Below, one piece after another: positions 23,786 to 35,014 of a stretch of DNA of 64,000 nucleotides (within the stretch, counting starts at the first letter, position 1; each line of letters starts with the position of its first letter). The notes beneath the pieces were generated by a model that was not told where the DNA came from, searched no databases, and worked only from the letters and a program-made list of their open reading frames with translations. The stretch is from Escherichia coli (GTDB lineage Bacteria > Pseudomonadota > Gammaproteobacteria > Enterobacterales > Enterobacteriaceae). The translations under genes were made by a program, and so were the position numbers. The DNA lies in assembly GCF_003334385.1 (NCBI RefSeq), contig NZ_QOWN01000012.1. One strand, 5' to 3'.

Positions 23786-24526
23786 GTGAAGTTCAAAGTT
23801 ATCGCCCTGGCGGCATTAATGGGTATTAGCGGGATGGCAGCGCAGGCTAACGAATTGCCGGATGGACCGCATATTGTCACCTCCGGTACGGCAAGCGTGG
23901 ATGCGGTGCCAGACATTGCCACTCTTGCGATTGAAGTTAACGTGGCCGCGAAGGATGCCGCTACTGCCAAGAAACAGGCAGATGAGCGCGTCGCACAATA
24001 CATTTCCTTCCTTGAACTCAATCAGATCGCGAAAAAAGATATCAGCTCAGCGAACTTACGCACCCAGCCAGATTATGATTATCAGGATGGTAAAAGTATC
24101 CTTAAAGGCTACCGCGCTGTGAGAACGGTGGAAGTCACGCTCCGTCAGTTAGACAAACTGAATTCCTTGCTGGATGGCGCGCTGAAGGCGGGTCTTAACG
24201 AAATTCGTTCTGTGTCGCTGGGCGTGGCGCAGCCGGATGCCTATAAAGACAAAGCGCGTAAGGCAGCGATTGATAACGCGATTCATCAGGCGCAGGAACT
24301 GGCGAACGGCTTTCATCGTAAACTGGGGCCGGTATATAGCGTGCGCTACCATGTTTCCAACTATCAGCCCAGCCCAATGGTGCGGATGATGAAAGCCGAT
24401 GCCGCGCCGGTGTCCGCCCAGGAAACTTACGAGCAGGCCGCTATTCAGTTTGATGATCAGGTCGATGTGGTCTTCCAGTTAGAACCTGTGGATCAACAAC
24501 CCGCTAAAACACCTGCAGCACAATAA
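23786..24526 (+). CDS. yggE: periplasmic DUF541/SIMPL-family protein
   Basis: 246-aa ORF from GTG with N-terminal signal peptide MKFKVIALAALMGISGMAAQA. Confidence 0.8.
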   Translation: MKFKVIALAALMGISGMAAQANELPDGPHIVTSGTASVDAVPDIATLAIEVNVAAKDAATAKKQADERVAQYISFLELNQIAKKDISSANLRTQPDYDYQDGKSILKGYRAVRTVEVTLRQLDKLNSLLDGALKAGLNEIRSVSLGVAQPDAYKDKARKAAIDNAIHQAQELANGFHRKLGPVYSVRYHVSNYQPSPMVRMMKADAAPVSAQETYEQAAIQFDDQVDVVFQLEPVDQQPAKTPAAQ

Positions 24527-24692
24527 TATTTGTAGCCCGACGTATTCGTCGGGCTAATGCCTTTACCCGATATTGCCTCCTTTTTCTGTAATTTTCTGTA
24601 AAACCATGACGTAATCACCTATCTTTGCTCGCGGTTTCATCAAGGATAGGCTGACTGAAACGGTTAAGCGGACAAGGATGCGGGGGAGGGGG

Positions 24693-25589
24693 ATGGACAT
24701 TTTTATTTCGAAAAAGATGCGCAATTTCATTTTATTAGCGCAAACCAATAATATTGCCCGGGCGGCAGAAAAAATCCATATGACGGCTTCGCCATTTGGT
24801 AAAAGCATTGCCGCGCTGGAAGAACAAATTGGCTATACGCTATTTACCCGCAAAGATAATAATATCAGCCTCAATAAAGCCGGACAGGAACTGTATCAAA
24901 AACTGTTCCCGGTTTATCAACGGCTTTCTGCGATTGATAATGAAATCCATAACTCAGGGCGTCGTTCACGAGAAATTGTGATTGGCATAGATAATACTTA
25001 TCCGACAATTATTTTCGATCAGTTGATTAGTCTCGGAGATAAGTATGAAGGCGTGACCGCCCAGCCAGTTGAGTTCAGCGAAAATGGCGTTATCGATAAT
25101 CTTTTTGACCGCCAGTTAGATTTTATTATCTCCCCACAGCATGTATCTGCACGAGTTCAGGAACTGGAAAACCTGACTATCAGTGAACTACCACCGCTGC
25201 GATTAGGCTTTCTCGTTTCTCGCCGTTATGAAGAGCGACAAGAGCAAGAGCTGCTTCAGGAGCTGCCCTGGCTACAAATGCGCTTTCAGAACCGGGCCAA
25301 CTTCGAAGCAATGATTGATGCGAATATGCGACCTTGTGGGATCAATCCAACCATTATTTATCGTCCCTACAGTTTTATGGCCAAAATCAGCGCCGTGGAG
25401 CGCGGACATTTTCTGACGGTGATCCCGCATTTTGCCTGGCGACTGGTGAATCCGGCAACGCTGAAATATTTTGATGCACCGCACAGGCCGATGTATATGC
25501 AGGAATATCTTTATTCAATCAGAAATCATCGTTATACCGCCACGATGCTTCAGCATATTGCTGAAGATCGTGACGGGACGAGTCATTAA
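24693..25589 (+). CDS. ygfI: LysR-family transcriptional regulator
   Basis: ORF 24678..25589; start taken at MDIFISKKMRNFILLAQTNNIARAAEKIHMT (helix-turn-helix); converges on scpC with a 4-bp overlap. Confidence 0.75.
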   Translation: MDIFISKKMRNFILLAQTNNIARAAEKIHMTASPFGKSIAALEEQIGYTLFTRKDNNISLNKAGQELYQKLFPVYQRLSAIDNEIHNSGRRSREIVIGIDNTYPTIIFDQLISLGDKYEGVTAQPVEFSENGVIDNLFDRQLDFIISPQHVSARVQELENLTISELPPLRLGFLVSRRYEERQEQELLQELPWLQMRFQNRANFEAMIDANMRPCGINPTIIYRPYSFMAKISAVERGHFLTVIPHFAWRLVNPATLKYFDAPHRPMYMQEYLYSIRNHRYTATMLQHIAEDRDGTSH

Positions 25590-27064
25590 CCCAGCATCGA
25601 GCCGGTTGCAATTAAATTACGGTGTAAGTCGAAGACGTGGCTAAGATCGTGGTGAATATGTCCGCCAGGCGCATTTTCCAGATAGCGATGCAGATAATCC
25701 CGATACATAGGATGTGCACAATTATCAATGATAGTGCGGGCGCGTTGAAGCGGGGAAAGACCGCGCAGATCGGCGATCCCTTGTTCGGTGATGATCACTT
25801 TGACGCTGTGTTCGCTGTGATCAACATGGCTGCACATTGGCACGACGGTTGAGATCTTGCCTTCTTTAGCAATCGACGGGGCCATAAAGATCGACAGATA
25901 CGCGTTGCGTTCAAAATCACCGCTGCCGCCGATGCCGTTCATCAGATCGACCCCGGCTACGTGTGTTGAGTTGGCATGCCCGTAAATATCAAACTCCAGG
26001 CCGACGTTCAGAGCGATGACGCCCAGACGACGGATGATTTCCGGGTTATTGGAAATCTCCTGCGGACGCAACACAATGCGGCTGGCAAAGTAATCCATAT
26101 TGTCGTAAATCTTGCGCAGGGAATCGGCCGAGATTGTCAGGCTGGAGGCGCTGGCCCCGCTGATTTTGCCGGTTTCCAGTAAATGCACCACCGATTCCTG
26201 TAGCACTTCCGAATACATCATAAACGGAGGAATTACCGGGTTTTCCCCCAGACGCGCCATTACCGCATTATTGATATTGCCCACGCCACTTTGCAGCGGC
26301 AGAAATTCCGGCGGAATACGCCCATGCGCCATTTCCTGCAATAAGAACGTGACCACGTTATCGGCAATCTGCTGGCACATGGGATTTTGCTTATCCAGCA
26401 TATTACCGGCGTCGGGCAAGTTGGTTTCCACGACGGCGACAATCTTTTTCGGATCGATTTGCACATAGCGGGTACCGACGCGATCCATTGCATGGAAGAT
26501 CGACACGCTATTGCGCCGCGGTGGCGCGCCAGGAATCACAATATCCGCCAGTTCTGCAACGCGCGGATCGTGATAGTGATTGAGTTCAATGATCACTTTC
26601 TTCGCCCGCAGCAGCCAGGTCGGCGCATTACCGATCCCGCTGGTTAACCAGACTCGACCATCCGGTGCCAGTGCCGATGCTTCAATGACGGCAACATCAA
26701 TGTCGCCGAAGAAACCGTAATTGACCATTTGCGCCACTTCGCTCAAATGCAGGTCAACGAAACTCACCGCGCCCTGATTGATCTTTTTACGTAAACCGGA
26801 CGATGTTTGATATGGCGCACGCCAGGAAACAGCATCGGCGTCAGAAAGTACATCGTCAGCGGCGGCGCTGATTGACGCACCCGTCAGAAGGCGAATTTGA
26901 TACGGCTTTTTGGCCTCATGCTGTTCGTTAGCTCTGCGGGCAATCGCGGTGGGTAGGGCTTTCGGCGAACCCGCCGGGGTAAAGCCGCTAAATGCCACCA
27001 TGTCGTTATGCTGGATAATTTCTGCCGCTTCATTGGCGGTCATCCTTGTCCACTGAGTTTCCAT
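25586..27064 (-). CDS. scpC: propionyl-CoA:succinate CoA-transferase
   Basis: 492-aa ORF METQWTRMTANEAAEIIQHNDMVAF...; last gene of the sbm operon. Confidence 0.85.
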   Translation of the reverse strand: METQWTRMTANEAAEIIQHNDMVAFSGFTPAGSPKALPTAIARRANEQHEAKKPYQIRLLTGASISAAADDVLSDADAVSWRAPYQTSSGLRKKINQGAVSFVDLHLSEVAQMVNYGFFGDIDVAVIEASALAPDGRVWLTSGIGNAPTWLLRAKKVIIELNHYHDPRVAELADIVIPGAPPRRNSVSIFHAMDRVGTRYVQIDPKKIVAVVETNLPDAGNMLDKQNPMCQQIADNVVTFLLQEMAHGRIPPEFLPLQSGVGNINNAVMARLGENPVIPPFMMYSEVLQESVVHLLETGKISGASASSLTISADSLRKIYDNMDYFASRIVLRPQEISNNPEIIRRLGVIALNVGLEFDIYGHANSTHVAGVDLMNGIGGSGDFERNAYLSIFMAPSIAKEGKISTVVPMCSHVDHSEHSVKVIITEQGIADLRGLSPLQRARTIIDNCAHPMYRDYLHRYLENAPGGHIHHDLSHVFDLHRNLIATGSMLG

Positions 27065-27087
27065 TTTTACTCCTTCGTTCGCAGGGA

Positions 27088-27873
27088 TTAATGACCAACG
27101 AAATTAGGTTTACGTTTTTCGAGGAAAGCGTTCATCCCTTCCTGGTAATCTTCGCTGTCATACACCGCGCGGCGCATCCCCTGAATACGTTCAAATTCAT
27201 CGGAGTTCATGGTGTGTGCTTCGCCCAGTACACGCAGCTCTTCTTTGATAACGGCAATGGCTAACGGCGCTTTCTCAGAGATGTGGTGCGCCATTTGTAA
27301 GGTGAAATCTTCCAGTTCTTCCACTTCCACAACATGGTTGAGGATGCCGACAGCCAGCGCGCGCTGGGCGGTGATTGGCGAAGCGGTAAAAATCAGCTCT
27401 TTGACAATGTGGAAGCCCGCGTCGCGGGTCAGGTTGTGAATGCCGACCAGGTTATACGGGACGCCGAGGTTTACAGGCGTCATTGAGAAGGTTGAGGTAC
27501 TGGCGGCGATGATCAGATCGGAACTCATGATCATTTCAAATGCGCCACCCCAAACACTACCTTCCACCATCGAAATGATCGGTTTCGGGAATTTTTGGAT
27601 CATGCGGGTGATTTGACGCAATGGATCATCATAGGAGAGCGGATCGCGACCGCCAGACGGCAGTTCGTGAATATCGTGACCTGCGGAGAAGACTTTGGAT
27701 CCACTCGGTGCGCGCAAAATGATACAGCGAATTTCCGGCCGGTTGAGATCGCTTAACGCCTGCATAAGATCATCAATAAAGACTTTACTTAAGGCATTAA
27801 GTTTTCGGCCATAGTTAAACTCAATGACCGCCACTTTGTTGATAGTGACAACGTTAACATACTGATAAGACAT
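27088..27873 (-). CDS. scpB: methylmalonyl-CoA decarboxylase (crotonase fold)
   Basis: ORF 27088..27915 minus; N-terminus MSYQYVNVVTINKVAVIEFNYGRKLNAL begins 14 codons inside the ORF; 261 aa. Confidence 0.85.
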   Translation of the reverse strand: MSYQYVNVVTINKVAVIEFNYGRKLNALSKVFIDDLMQALSDLNRPEIRCIILRAPSGSKVFSAGHDIHELPSGGRDPLSYDDPLRQITRMIQKFPKPIISMVEGSVWGGAFEMIMSSDLIIAASTSTFSMTPVNLGVPYNLVGIHNLTRDAGFHIVKELIFTASPITAQRALAVGILNHVVEVEELEDFTLQMAHHISEKAPLAIAVIKEELRVLGEAHTMNSDEFERIQGMRRAVYDSEDYQEGMNAFLEKRKPNFVGH

Positions 27874-27883
27874 AAAAATTCCT

Positions 27884-28879
27884 TTAATCAAAATATTGCG
27901 TCTGGATAAATTCACTGAGCTGCCGCAGGCCGGTGCGCGGTGAGAGCGTATTGTTTTTGACCGCTAAAAGCGTCTGGCGGTAATAGCGATCGAAATCTTC
28001 ATTCGCGAACAGGTGATTCAGTACTTCTTCTTCGGTCTGCTTACGCAGCCATTCCACCGATTGTTGTTGCCGCACTTGTTGTAAACGACCACTGGCAGTT
28101 AGCGCGGTTTTGAAGTCGATGATGGCGTGCCAGATCTCATCGATTCCACGTTTTTCCAGTGCGCTACAAGTCAGAACCCGTGGCTGCCATTCGTCGTATT
28201 TACGTCGCAGAATATGCAGGGCACTCTCGTACATATGCCGGGCAATGGCGACATTGGTATGGTTATCGCCATCGTCTTTGTTGATAACGATCAGATCAGC
28301 CACTTCCATCAGCCCTTTTTTAATGCCCTGCAGATCATCGCCGCCACCGGCAATTTGCAACGAGATAAAACAGTCCACCATGCGGGCGACTTCTGTTTCC
28401 GACTGCCCGACGCCAACCGTTTCGACAATCACTACGTCATAACCCGCTGCTTCGCATAACAGCATTAATTCCCGCGCTCGCTGACTGGCACCGCCCAGAT
28501 GACCGGAGGATGGTACCGGGCGAATAAACGCCGCTTCGGCACGCGCCAGGTCATTCATGCGGGTTTTATCCCCGAGAATGCTACCGCCAGTGACCGGGCT
28601 GCTGGGATCGACCGCAATAACCGCGACCTTTAATCCCTCTCGAATCAACAACATGCCAAAGGCCTCAAGAAAGGTACTTTTCCCCGCGCCGGGGGTGCCG
28701 GTAACGCCCAGTCGCAGGGTGTTACCGCAGTACGGCATAATGGCATCAAGCAGCTGCGTACTTAGTGCCTGATGACGCGGGTGACGGCTTTCCACCAGCG
28801 TCATGGCCTGGGCGAGTGTGGCACGCTCACCCTGACGTAAGCGGCGAATACTTTCTGCCAGCGTGGCTTCATTAATCAT
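27884..28879 (-). CDS. argK: methylmalonyl-CoA mutase-associated GTPase (MeaB-like)
   Basis: 331-aa ORF; P-loop GTPGAGKST. Confidence 0.85.
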   Translation of the reverse strand: MINEATLAESIRRLRQGERATLAQAMTLVESRHPRHQALSTQLLDAIMPYCGNTLRLGVTGTPGAGKSTFLEAFGMLLIREGLKVAVIAVDPSSPVTGGSILGDKTRMNDLARAEAAFIRPVPSSGHLGGASQRARELMLLCEAAGYDVVIVETVGVGQSETEVARMVDCFISLQIAGGGDDLQGIKKGLMEVADLIVINKDDGDNHTNVAIARHMYESALHILRRKYDEWQPRVLTCSALEKRGIDEIWHAIIDFKTALTASGRLQQVRQQQSVEWLRKQTEEEVLNHLFANEDFDRYYRQTLLAVKNNTLSPRTGLRQLSEFIQTQYFD

Positions 28880-31016
28880 GATGCTGGCTTATCAGATTCA
28901 GTACGTCGCGCACACTGTCGAGCATAGGTGTACCTGGACCATAAATCGCCGCCACGCCGCGCTCTTGCAGGAAGGCGTAATCCTGCGGCGGAATGACGCC
29001 ACCCGCGACCACGCAGATATCTTCGCGTCCCCATTTTTTCAGCGCTTCGACCAGTTCCGGGATCAGCGTTTTATGACCGGCAGCCAGTGAGGATGCGCCC
29101 ACTACGTGAACGTCGTTTTCTACGGCCAGGCGGGCGATCTCTTCAGGTGTAGAGAACATCGGGCTTAAATCTACGTCGAAACCGAGATCGGAATAGGCGC
29201 TGGCGATCACTTTCGCGCCGCGATCGTGTCCATCCTGGCCCATCTTAGCGATCAGAATGCGCGGGCGACGACCATTGTCGGCAAGGAACTGCTCCGTTTG
29301 CGCAACAATGGCATCGAACTCGGAGGCCGATTTCTCAGACTGATGATAGCTTTGCGCAATCACGCCGGTAACACACTGGCTTGGCACCAGATAACGGTCG
29401 AAAGCGACTTCCAGCGCATCGGAAATTTCACCCAGGGTGGCGCGAACGCGAGCGGCATTAACAGCGGCAGCCAGCAGGTTTTCGTTATGCTGTGCGGCGT
29501 GAGTCAGGGCGTTCAACGCGGCGGTTACGGCGGCATCATCACGGGTGGCGCGAATGCGTTCCAGCGAAGCAATTTGCTCGTTACGCACCATCACGTTGTC
29601 GATCTCAAGTACATCGGTTTCGTCTTCGTGATCCAGTTTGTACTTGTTGACACCAACGATGACACGCTTGCCCTGGTCGATCAGCGACTGTTCGCGCGCT
29701 GAGGCCTCTTCGATCATTCGTTTTGGCAGACCTGCTTCGATCGCTTTCGCCATGCCACCGGCTTCGTCGATCTGTTGGATAATAGCTCTGGCTTGTTTGA
29801 CGATTTGATCGGTCAGCGACTCAATGTAATAGGATCCGGCCAGTGGATCGACGGTGCGGCAGAGTTCTGATTCTTCCTGGATGATGATCTGGGGGTTGCG
29901 GGCAATGCGTGCTGAGAAATCGGTAGGCAAACCAAGCGCTTCGTCAAAGGCGTTGGTATGCAGTGACTGAGTACCGCCCAGCGTCGCAGCCAGCGCTTCA
30001 ATGGTGGTGCGGATAACGTTGTTATACGGATCCTGTTCAGTCAGGCTCCAGCCTGAGGTCTGGCAGTGGGTACGCAGCGCCAGTGATTTCGGGTCCTGTG
30101 CGCCAAATCCACTGACCGCTTCGCTCCATAAATAACGTGCCGCACGCAACATGGCGACGTTCATAAACAGATCCATGCCGATGCCGAAGAAGAACGACAG
30201 GCGAGGAGCGAAGTCATCAATTTTCAGTCCGGCAGAGATTGCTGCTTTGATGTACTCAATCCCATCAGCGAGCGTAAATGCTACCTGCTGCACGCAGTTG
30301 GCACCCGCTTCACCCATGTGGTAACCGCTGATACTGATGGTATTAAATCGCGGCATGTTGCCGGAACACCAGGCGATGATGTCGGCGATAATGCGCATTG
30401 ACGGTTTTGGTGGGTAAATATAGGTGTTGCGGTAGAGGTACTCTTTGAGAATATCGTTTTGAATGGTGCCGGTCAGTTTATCAGGTGTAACACCTTGCTC
30501 TTCTGCGGCGACGATATAAAACGCCAGTACTGGTAGCACTGCGCCATTCATGGTCATCGAAACCGACATTTTATCCAGCGGGATCTGGTCGAACAGGACT
30601 TTCATATCTTCCACGGTGTCGATAGCGACGCCCGCTTTGCCGACGTCGCCCGCCACGCGCGGGTTATCGGAGTCGTAGCCACGGTGGGTGGCAAGGTCAA
30701 ACGCAACGGAAAGACCTTTTTGCCCGGCGGCCAGGTTACGGCGATAAAAAGCGTTGGACTCTTTTGCTGTTGAAAAACCAGCATACTGACGGATGGTCCA
30801 CGGTTGGGCGGTATACATAGTGGCACGCGGGCCACGAACGTAGGGCGGCAAACCAGGAAGGGTACCTGTCACCTCCAGATTATCGAGATCGGCTTCGGTA
30901 TACAGCGGCTTGATGGCGATCCCTTCCGCGGTTTGATGAACCAGCGAGTCGACAGTTTTCTCCCGACGGCTCAATTCCTTGTTGGCAAGCTGTTGCCACT
31001 CCTGCACGTTAGACAT
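28872..31016 (-). CDS. scpA: methylmalonyl-CoA mutase (B12-dependent)
   Basis: ORF 28872..31037 minus; N-terminus [20 protein letters not shown] begins 7 codons inside the ORF; 714 aa. Confidence 0.9.
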   Translation of the reverse strand: MSNVQEWQQLANKELSRREKTVDSLVHQTAEGIAIKPLYTEADLDNLEVTGTLPGLPPYVRGPRATMYTAQPWTIRQYAGFSTAKESNAFYRRNLAAGQKGLSVAFDLATHRGYDSDNPRVAGDVGKAGVAIDTVEDMKVLFDQIPLDKMSVSMTMNGAVLPVLAFYIVAAEEQGVTPDKLTGTIQNDILKEYLYRNTYIYPPKPSMRIIADIIAWCSGNMPRFNTISISGYHMGEAGANCVQQVAFTLADGIEYIKAAISAGLKIDDFAPRLSFFFGIGMDLFMNVAMLRAARYLWSEAVSGFGAQDPKSLALRTHCQTSGWSLTEQDPYNNVIRTTIEALAATLGGTQSLHTNAFDEALGLPTDFSARIARNPQIIIQEESELCRTVDPLAGSYYIESLTDQIVKQARAIIQQIDEAGGMAKAIEAGLPKRMIEEASAREQSLIDQGKRVIVGVNKYKLDHEDETDVLEIDNVMVRNEQIASLERIRATRDDAAVTAALNALTHAAQHNENLLAAAVNAARVRATLGEISDALEVAFDRYLVPSQCVTGVIAQSYHQSEKSASEFDAIVAQTEQFLADNGRRPRILIAKMGQDGHDRGAKVIASAYSDLGFDVDLSPMFSTPEEIARLAVENDVHVVGASSLAAGHKTLIPELVEALKKWGREDICVVAGGVIPPQDYAFLQERGVAAIYGPGTPMLDSVRDVLNLISQHHD

Positions 31017-31218
31017 TATTTGCTCCGTAAAACGCAATCAAAATGAGGGTATTTGCGCCTACGGTGAGCTTTTTACGTGGGTTTGTCGCCAGCAAAAAAA
31101 TGCATTCAGACGTCGTTTTTTGCCGCCTGAGATTTGTCTATTTTGTGATGTGATTCAAGGAATACAAAAAGAAGTGAGGACAACGCCTGATATGTGCTAT
31201 CAGGCATTATTTGATGGA

Positions 31219-32112
31219 TTAATCCTGACGAAGGACTTTGTGACCATAATCGAGTAACGCATCAGTGACTTTACGCATCATGCGGCTTTCAGGAGCAAAG
31301 CGGTGCCAGTAGAGCATCCGTCGTTGAAATAGCCCAGGCGTTAAGTCAATCAGTTCACCGCTGGCCAGCTCTTTCTCGATTTGCAGGTGCGGGATCATAC
31401 AGCAGGTGGTGCCCTGGCGAGCAAGTTGTACGAACGCTTCTGAAGAATTAACGATATGGCAGGGCACGCTGCCTGGAGGCAGATCGAAGTTTTGCTGCAA
31501 AAAGGCCTGGTGCATATCGTCAAGATGGTCAAACGCGACCACTGGCGCTTTCAGTAATGCCGAACGCGTTACGCCGTTAGGGAAATATTTTTCGGCAAAG
31601 GGTTTTGAGCTGACGAACAGATAGTCGAGCGCACCAAGTTTATCGACAAGACAACTCGGCAGCGCCTGATGTTGAATACTCACCGCGCCGACCACTTCGC
31701 CGCGGCGCAGACGTTCCTGAGTGCGGGTTTCATCTTCTACCTGCAAGTTGAGGCGGATAGGCGAATCAGCCAACACAGGAGCCAGTGCAGGAAGCAACCA
31801 CGTCGCCAGACTGTCGGCGTTGACCGCCAGTGAAAGCAGCAGCGGAGTCGAACCGGTTTGTTCATCGCCCAGCCACTCTTCTTCCAGCAACTCCACCTGG
31901 CGCAGCAGTGCCAGCAGTTTTTGCCCTTGTTCCGTCGGGCGCGGCGGTACGGTACGCACCAACAGCGGCTGCCCGAACATATTTTCCAGTTGCTTAATGC
32001 GCTGTGAGACGGCTGATTGTGTAATGCACAGCTTTTGTGCCGCGCGCTCAAATCCTCGTTCACGTATCACCGCATCCAGTGCCTGTAATGTTCTGTAGTC
32101 CGGGCGTTTCAT
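31219..32112 (-). CDS. argP: LysR-family regulator ArgP (IciA)
   Basis: ORF 31219..32178 minus; N-terminus [28 protein letters not shown] begins 22 codons inside the ORF; 297 aa. Confidence 0.85.
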
Positions 32113-32253
32113 TGCTGTTGTCTGCTCCTGGTAAATGCTTTTTCCTGCACTATGACACAATTTTGTGTCAGGTTGCATATACCGAAGCCGTCGGCGGGTA
32201 ACATTTGTATCCGTGGTTAAAAGCGCAGCTTAAAAGATCAGGGATTTGCGCTA

Positions 32254-32484
32254 ATGCATTTCGCTCAGCGAGTTCGCGCCCTGGTTGTGTTGAATGGCGT
32301 GGCGTTATTGCCTCAATTTGCCTGTAAACAGGGGCTTGCGAACGGTGAACTGGTGCGCCTGTTTGCACCGTGGAGCGGCATACCCAGACCGTTGTATGCT
32401 TTATTTGCGGGGCGAAAGGGGATGCCTGCCATTGCGCGATATTTTATGGATGAGTTAACCACGCGGCTTGCCAACGGGGTCTGA
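32254..32484 (+). pseudogene. yqfE: LysR-family C-terminal remnant
   Basis: 76-codon ORF MHFAQRVRALVVLNGVALLPQFACKQGLANGELVRLFAPW... resembles the C-terminal substrate-binding part of a LysR regulator and has no N-terminal helix-turn-helix; sits between argP and rpiA. Confidence 0.4.
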
Positions 32485-32539
32485 ATCGCTTTTTTTGTAT
32501 ATAATGCGTGTGAAATTTCATACCACAGGCGAAACGATC

Positions 32540-33199
32540 ATGACGCAGGATGAATTGAAAAAAGCAGTAGGATGGGCGGCACTTCAGTATGTTCAGCCCG
32601 GCACCATTGTTGGTGTAGGTACAGGTTCCACCGCCGCACACTTTATTGACGCGCTCGGTACAATGAAAGGCCAGATTGAAGGGGCCGTTTCCAGTTCAGA
32701 TGCTTCCACTGAAAAACTGAAAAGCCTCGGCATTCACGTTTTTGATCTCAACGAAGTCGACAGCCTTGGCATCTACGTTGATGGCGCAGATGAAATCAAC
32801 GGCCACATGCAAATGATCAAAGGCGGCGGCGCGGCGCTGACCCGTGAAAAAATCATTGCTTCGGTTGCAGAAAAATTTATCTGTATTGCAGACGCTTCCA
32901 AGCAGGTTGATATTCTGGGTAAATTCCCGCTGCCAGTAGAAGTTATCCCGATGGCACGTAGTGCAGTGGCGCGTCAGCTGGTGAAACTGGGCGGTCGTCC
33001 GGAATACCGTCAGGGCGTGGTGACCGATAATGGCAACGTGATCCTCGACGTCCACGGCATGGAAATCCTTGACCCGATAGCGATGGAAAACGCCATAAAT
33101 GCGATTCCTGGCGTGGTGACTGTTGGCTTGTTTGCTAACCGTGGCGCGGACGTTGCGCTGATTGGCACACCTGACGGTGTCAAAACCATTGTGAAATGA
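32540..33199 (+). CDS. rpiA: ribose-5-phosphate isomerase A
   Basis: ORF 32468..33199; N-terminus [31 protein letters not shown] begins at 32540; 219 aa. Confidence 0.9.
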
Positions 33200-33454
33200 T
33201 CTGACGGGGGAACCTCCCCCGTTAAAAAAATTCTCTTCATTAAATTTGGTGACATGTGTCACGCTTTTACCAGGCAATTGTCGATTGCTCTAAATAAATC
33301 CTCTAAACCAGCATATTCATCCAAGAATTACCTTTGCGTGATATTTCCTCAACATCGCGACGCAAACGTTCATATTGCCGCAATATTATTTTTTGATATG
33401 TTGAAAGGCGGATGCAAATCCGCACACAACATTTCAAAAGACAGGATTGGGTAA

Positions 33455-34687
33455 ATGGCAAAGGTATCGCTGGAGAAAGACAAGATTAAGTTTCTGCTGG
33501 TAGAAGGCGTGCACCAAAAGGCGCTGGAAAGCCTTCGTGCAGCTGGTTACACCAACATCGAATTTCACAAAGGCGCGCTGGATGATGAACAATTAAAAGA
33601 ATCCATCCGCGATGCCCACTTCATCGGCCTGCGATCCCGTACCCATCTGACTGAAGACGTGATCAACGCCGCAGAAAAACTGGTCGCTATTGGCTGTTTC
33701 TGTATCGGAACAAACCAGGTTGATCTGGATGCGGCGGCAAAGCGCGGGATCCCGGTATTTAACGCACCGTTCTCAAATACGCGCTCTGTTGCGGAGCTGG
33801 TGATTGGCGAACTGCTGCTGCTATTGCGCGGCGTGCCGGAAGCCAATGCTAAAGCGCACCGTGGCGTGTGGAACAAACTGGCGGCGGGTTCTTTTGAAGC
33901 GCGCGGCAAAAAGCTGGGTATCATCGGCTACGGTCATATTGGTACGCAATTGGGCATTCTGGCTGAATCGCTGGGAATGTATGTTTACTTTTATGATATT
34001 GAAAATAAACTGCCGCTGGGCAACGCCACTCAGGTACAGCATCTTTCTGACCTGCTGAATATGAGCGATGTGGTGAGTCTGCATGTACCAGAGAATCCGT
34101 CCACCAAAAATATGATGGGCGCGAAAGAAATTTCACTAATGAAGCCCGGCTCGCTGCTGATTAATGCTTCGCGCGGTACTGTGGTGGATATTCCGGCGCT
34201 GTGTGATGCGCTGGCGAGCAAACATCTGGCGGGGGCGGCAATCGACGTATTCCCGACGGAACCGGCGACCAATAGCGATCCATTTACCTCTCCGCTGTGT
34301 GAATTCGACAACGTCCTTCTGACGCCACACATTGGCGGTTCGACTCAGGAAGCGCAGGAGAATATCGGCCTGGAAGTTGCGGGTAAATTGATCAAGTATT
34401 CTGACAATGGCTCAACGCTCTCTGCGGTGAACTTCCCGGAAGTCTCGCTGCCACTGCACGGTGGGCGTCGTCTGATGCACATCCACGAAAACCGTCCGGG
34501 CGTGCTAACTGCGCTGAACAAAATCTTCGCCGAGCAGGGCGTCAACATCGCCGCGCAATATCTGCAAACTTCCGCCCAGATGGGTTATGTGGTTATTGAT
34601 ATTGAAGCCGACGAAGACGTTGCCGAAAAAGCGCTGCAGGCAATGAAAGCTATTCCGGGTACCATTCGCGCCCGTCTGCTGTACTAA
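33455..34687 (+). CDS. serA: D-3-phosphoglycerate dehydrogenase
   Basis: 410-aa ORF MAKVSLEKDKIKFLLVEGVHQKALESLRAAGYTNIEFHKGALDDEQLKE... Confidence 0.95.
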   Translation: MAKVSLEKDKIKFLLVEGVHQKALESLRAAGYTNIEFHKGALDDEQLKESIRDAHFIGLRSRTHLTEDVINAAEKLVAIGCFCIGTNQVDLDAAAKRGIPVFNAPFSNTRSVAELVIGELLLLLRGVPEANAKAHRGVWNKLAAGSFEARGKKLGIIGYGHIGTQLGILAESLGMYVYFYDIENKLPLGNATQVQHLSDLLNMSDVVSLHVPENPSTKNMMGAKEISLMKPGSLLINASRGTVVDIPALCDALASKHLAGAAIDVFPTEPATNSDPFTSPLCEFDNVLLTPHIGGSTQEAQENIGLEVAGKLIKYSDNGSTLSAVNFPEVSLPLHGGRRLMHIHENRPGVLTALNKIFAEQGVNIAAQYLQTSAQMGYVVIDIEADEDVAEKALQAMKAIPGTIRARLLY

Positions 34688-34707
34688 TTCCCCTTCTCTG
34701 AAAATCA

Positions 34708-34739
34708 ACGGGCAGGTCACTGACTTGCCCGTTTTTTTA
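34708..34739 (+). terminator. intrinsic terminator after serA
   Basis: acgggcaggtca / tgacttgcccgt stem followed by ttttttt. Confidence 0.6.
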
Positions 34740-34875
34740 TCCCTTCTCCACACCGTTGCCGCGTTGCGCATTCTACTTTGCGAGTCTGCTCCAGAAAATA
34801 AATCAAAGTCAGATCAATGCGTTGTGTTTATTTAATGGGGATTTACGATGGCAGGGCAGCATGGGGCTGTAACGG

Positions 34876-35014
34876 TAAAGCCCTCACCGAAGCGAGGGCT
34901 TGAAGGAGAAGGGTTATGATGCGACTTGTCATCATACTGATTGTACTGTTACTCATAAGTTTCAGCGCTTATTAACAGTCAGTCTCAGGGGAGGAGCAAT
35001 CCTCCCTTACCCTT
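34876..35014 (-). ncRNA. sibC: SibC antisense RNA (type I antitoxin); boundaries approximate
   Basis: Minus-strand promoter with -35 TTGACA (35045-35050), 17-bp spacer and -10 TAATTT (35022-35027); hairpin at 34878-34901 as the probable 3' end; fully covers the ibsC ORF on the opposite strand; about 140 nt as expected for Sib RNAs. Confidence 0.5.
34916..34975 (+). CDS. ibsC: 19-aa hydrophobic type I toxin peptide IbsC
   Basis: Perfect SD AAGGAG 8 nt upstream; tandem ATG ATG; peptide MMRLVIILIVLLLISFSAY; TAA stop; below the ORF-track length cut-off. Confidence 0.65.
   Translation: MMRLVIILIVLLLISFSAY

Noticed and set aside
33254-33454. 66-codon ORF directly upstream of serA
   Set aside because: It lies in the serA promoter/leader region, has no convincing RBS and has a low-complexity product; treated as non-coding.
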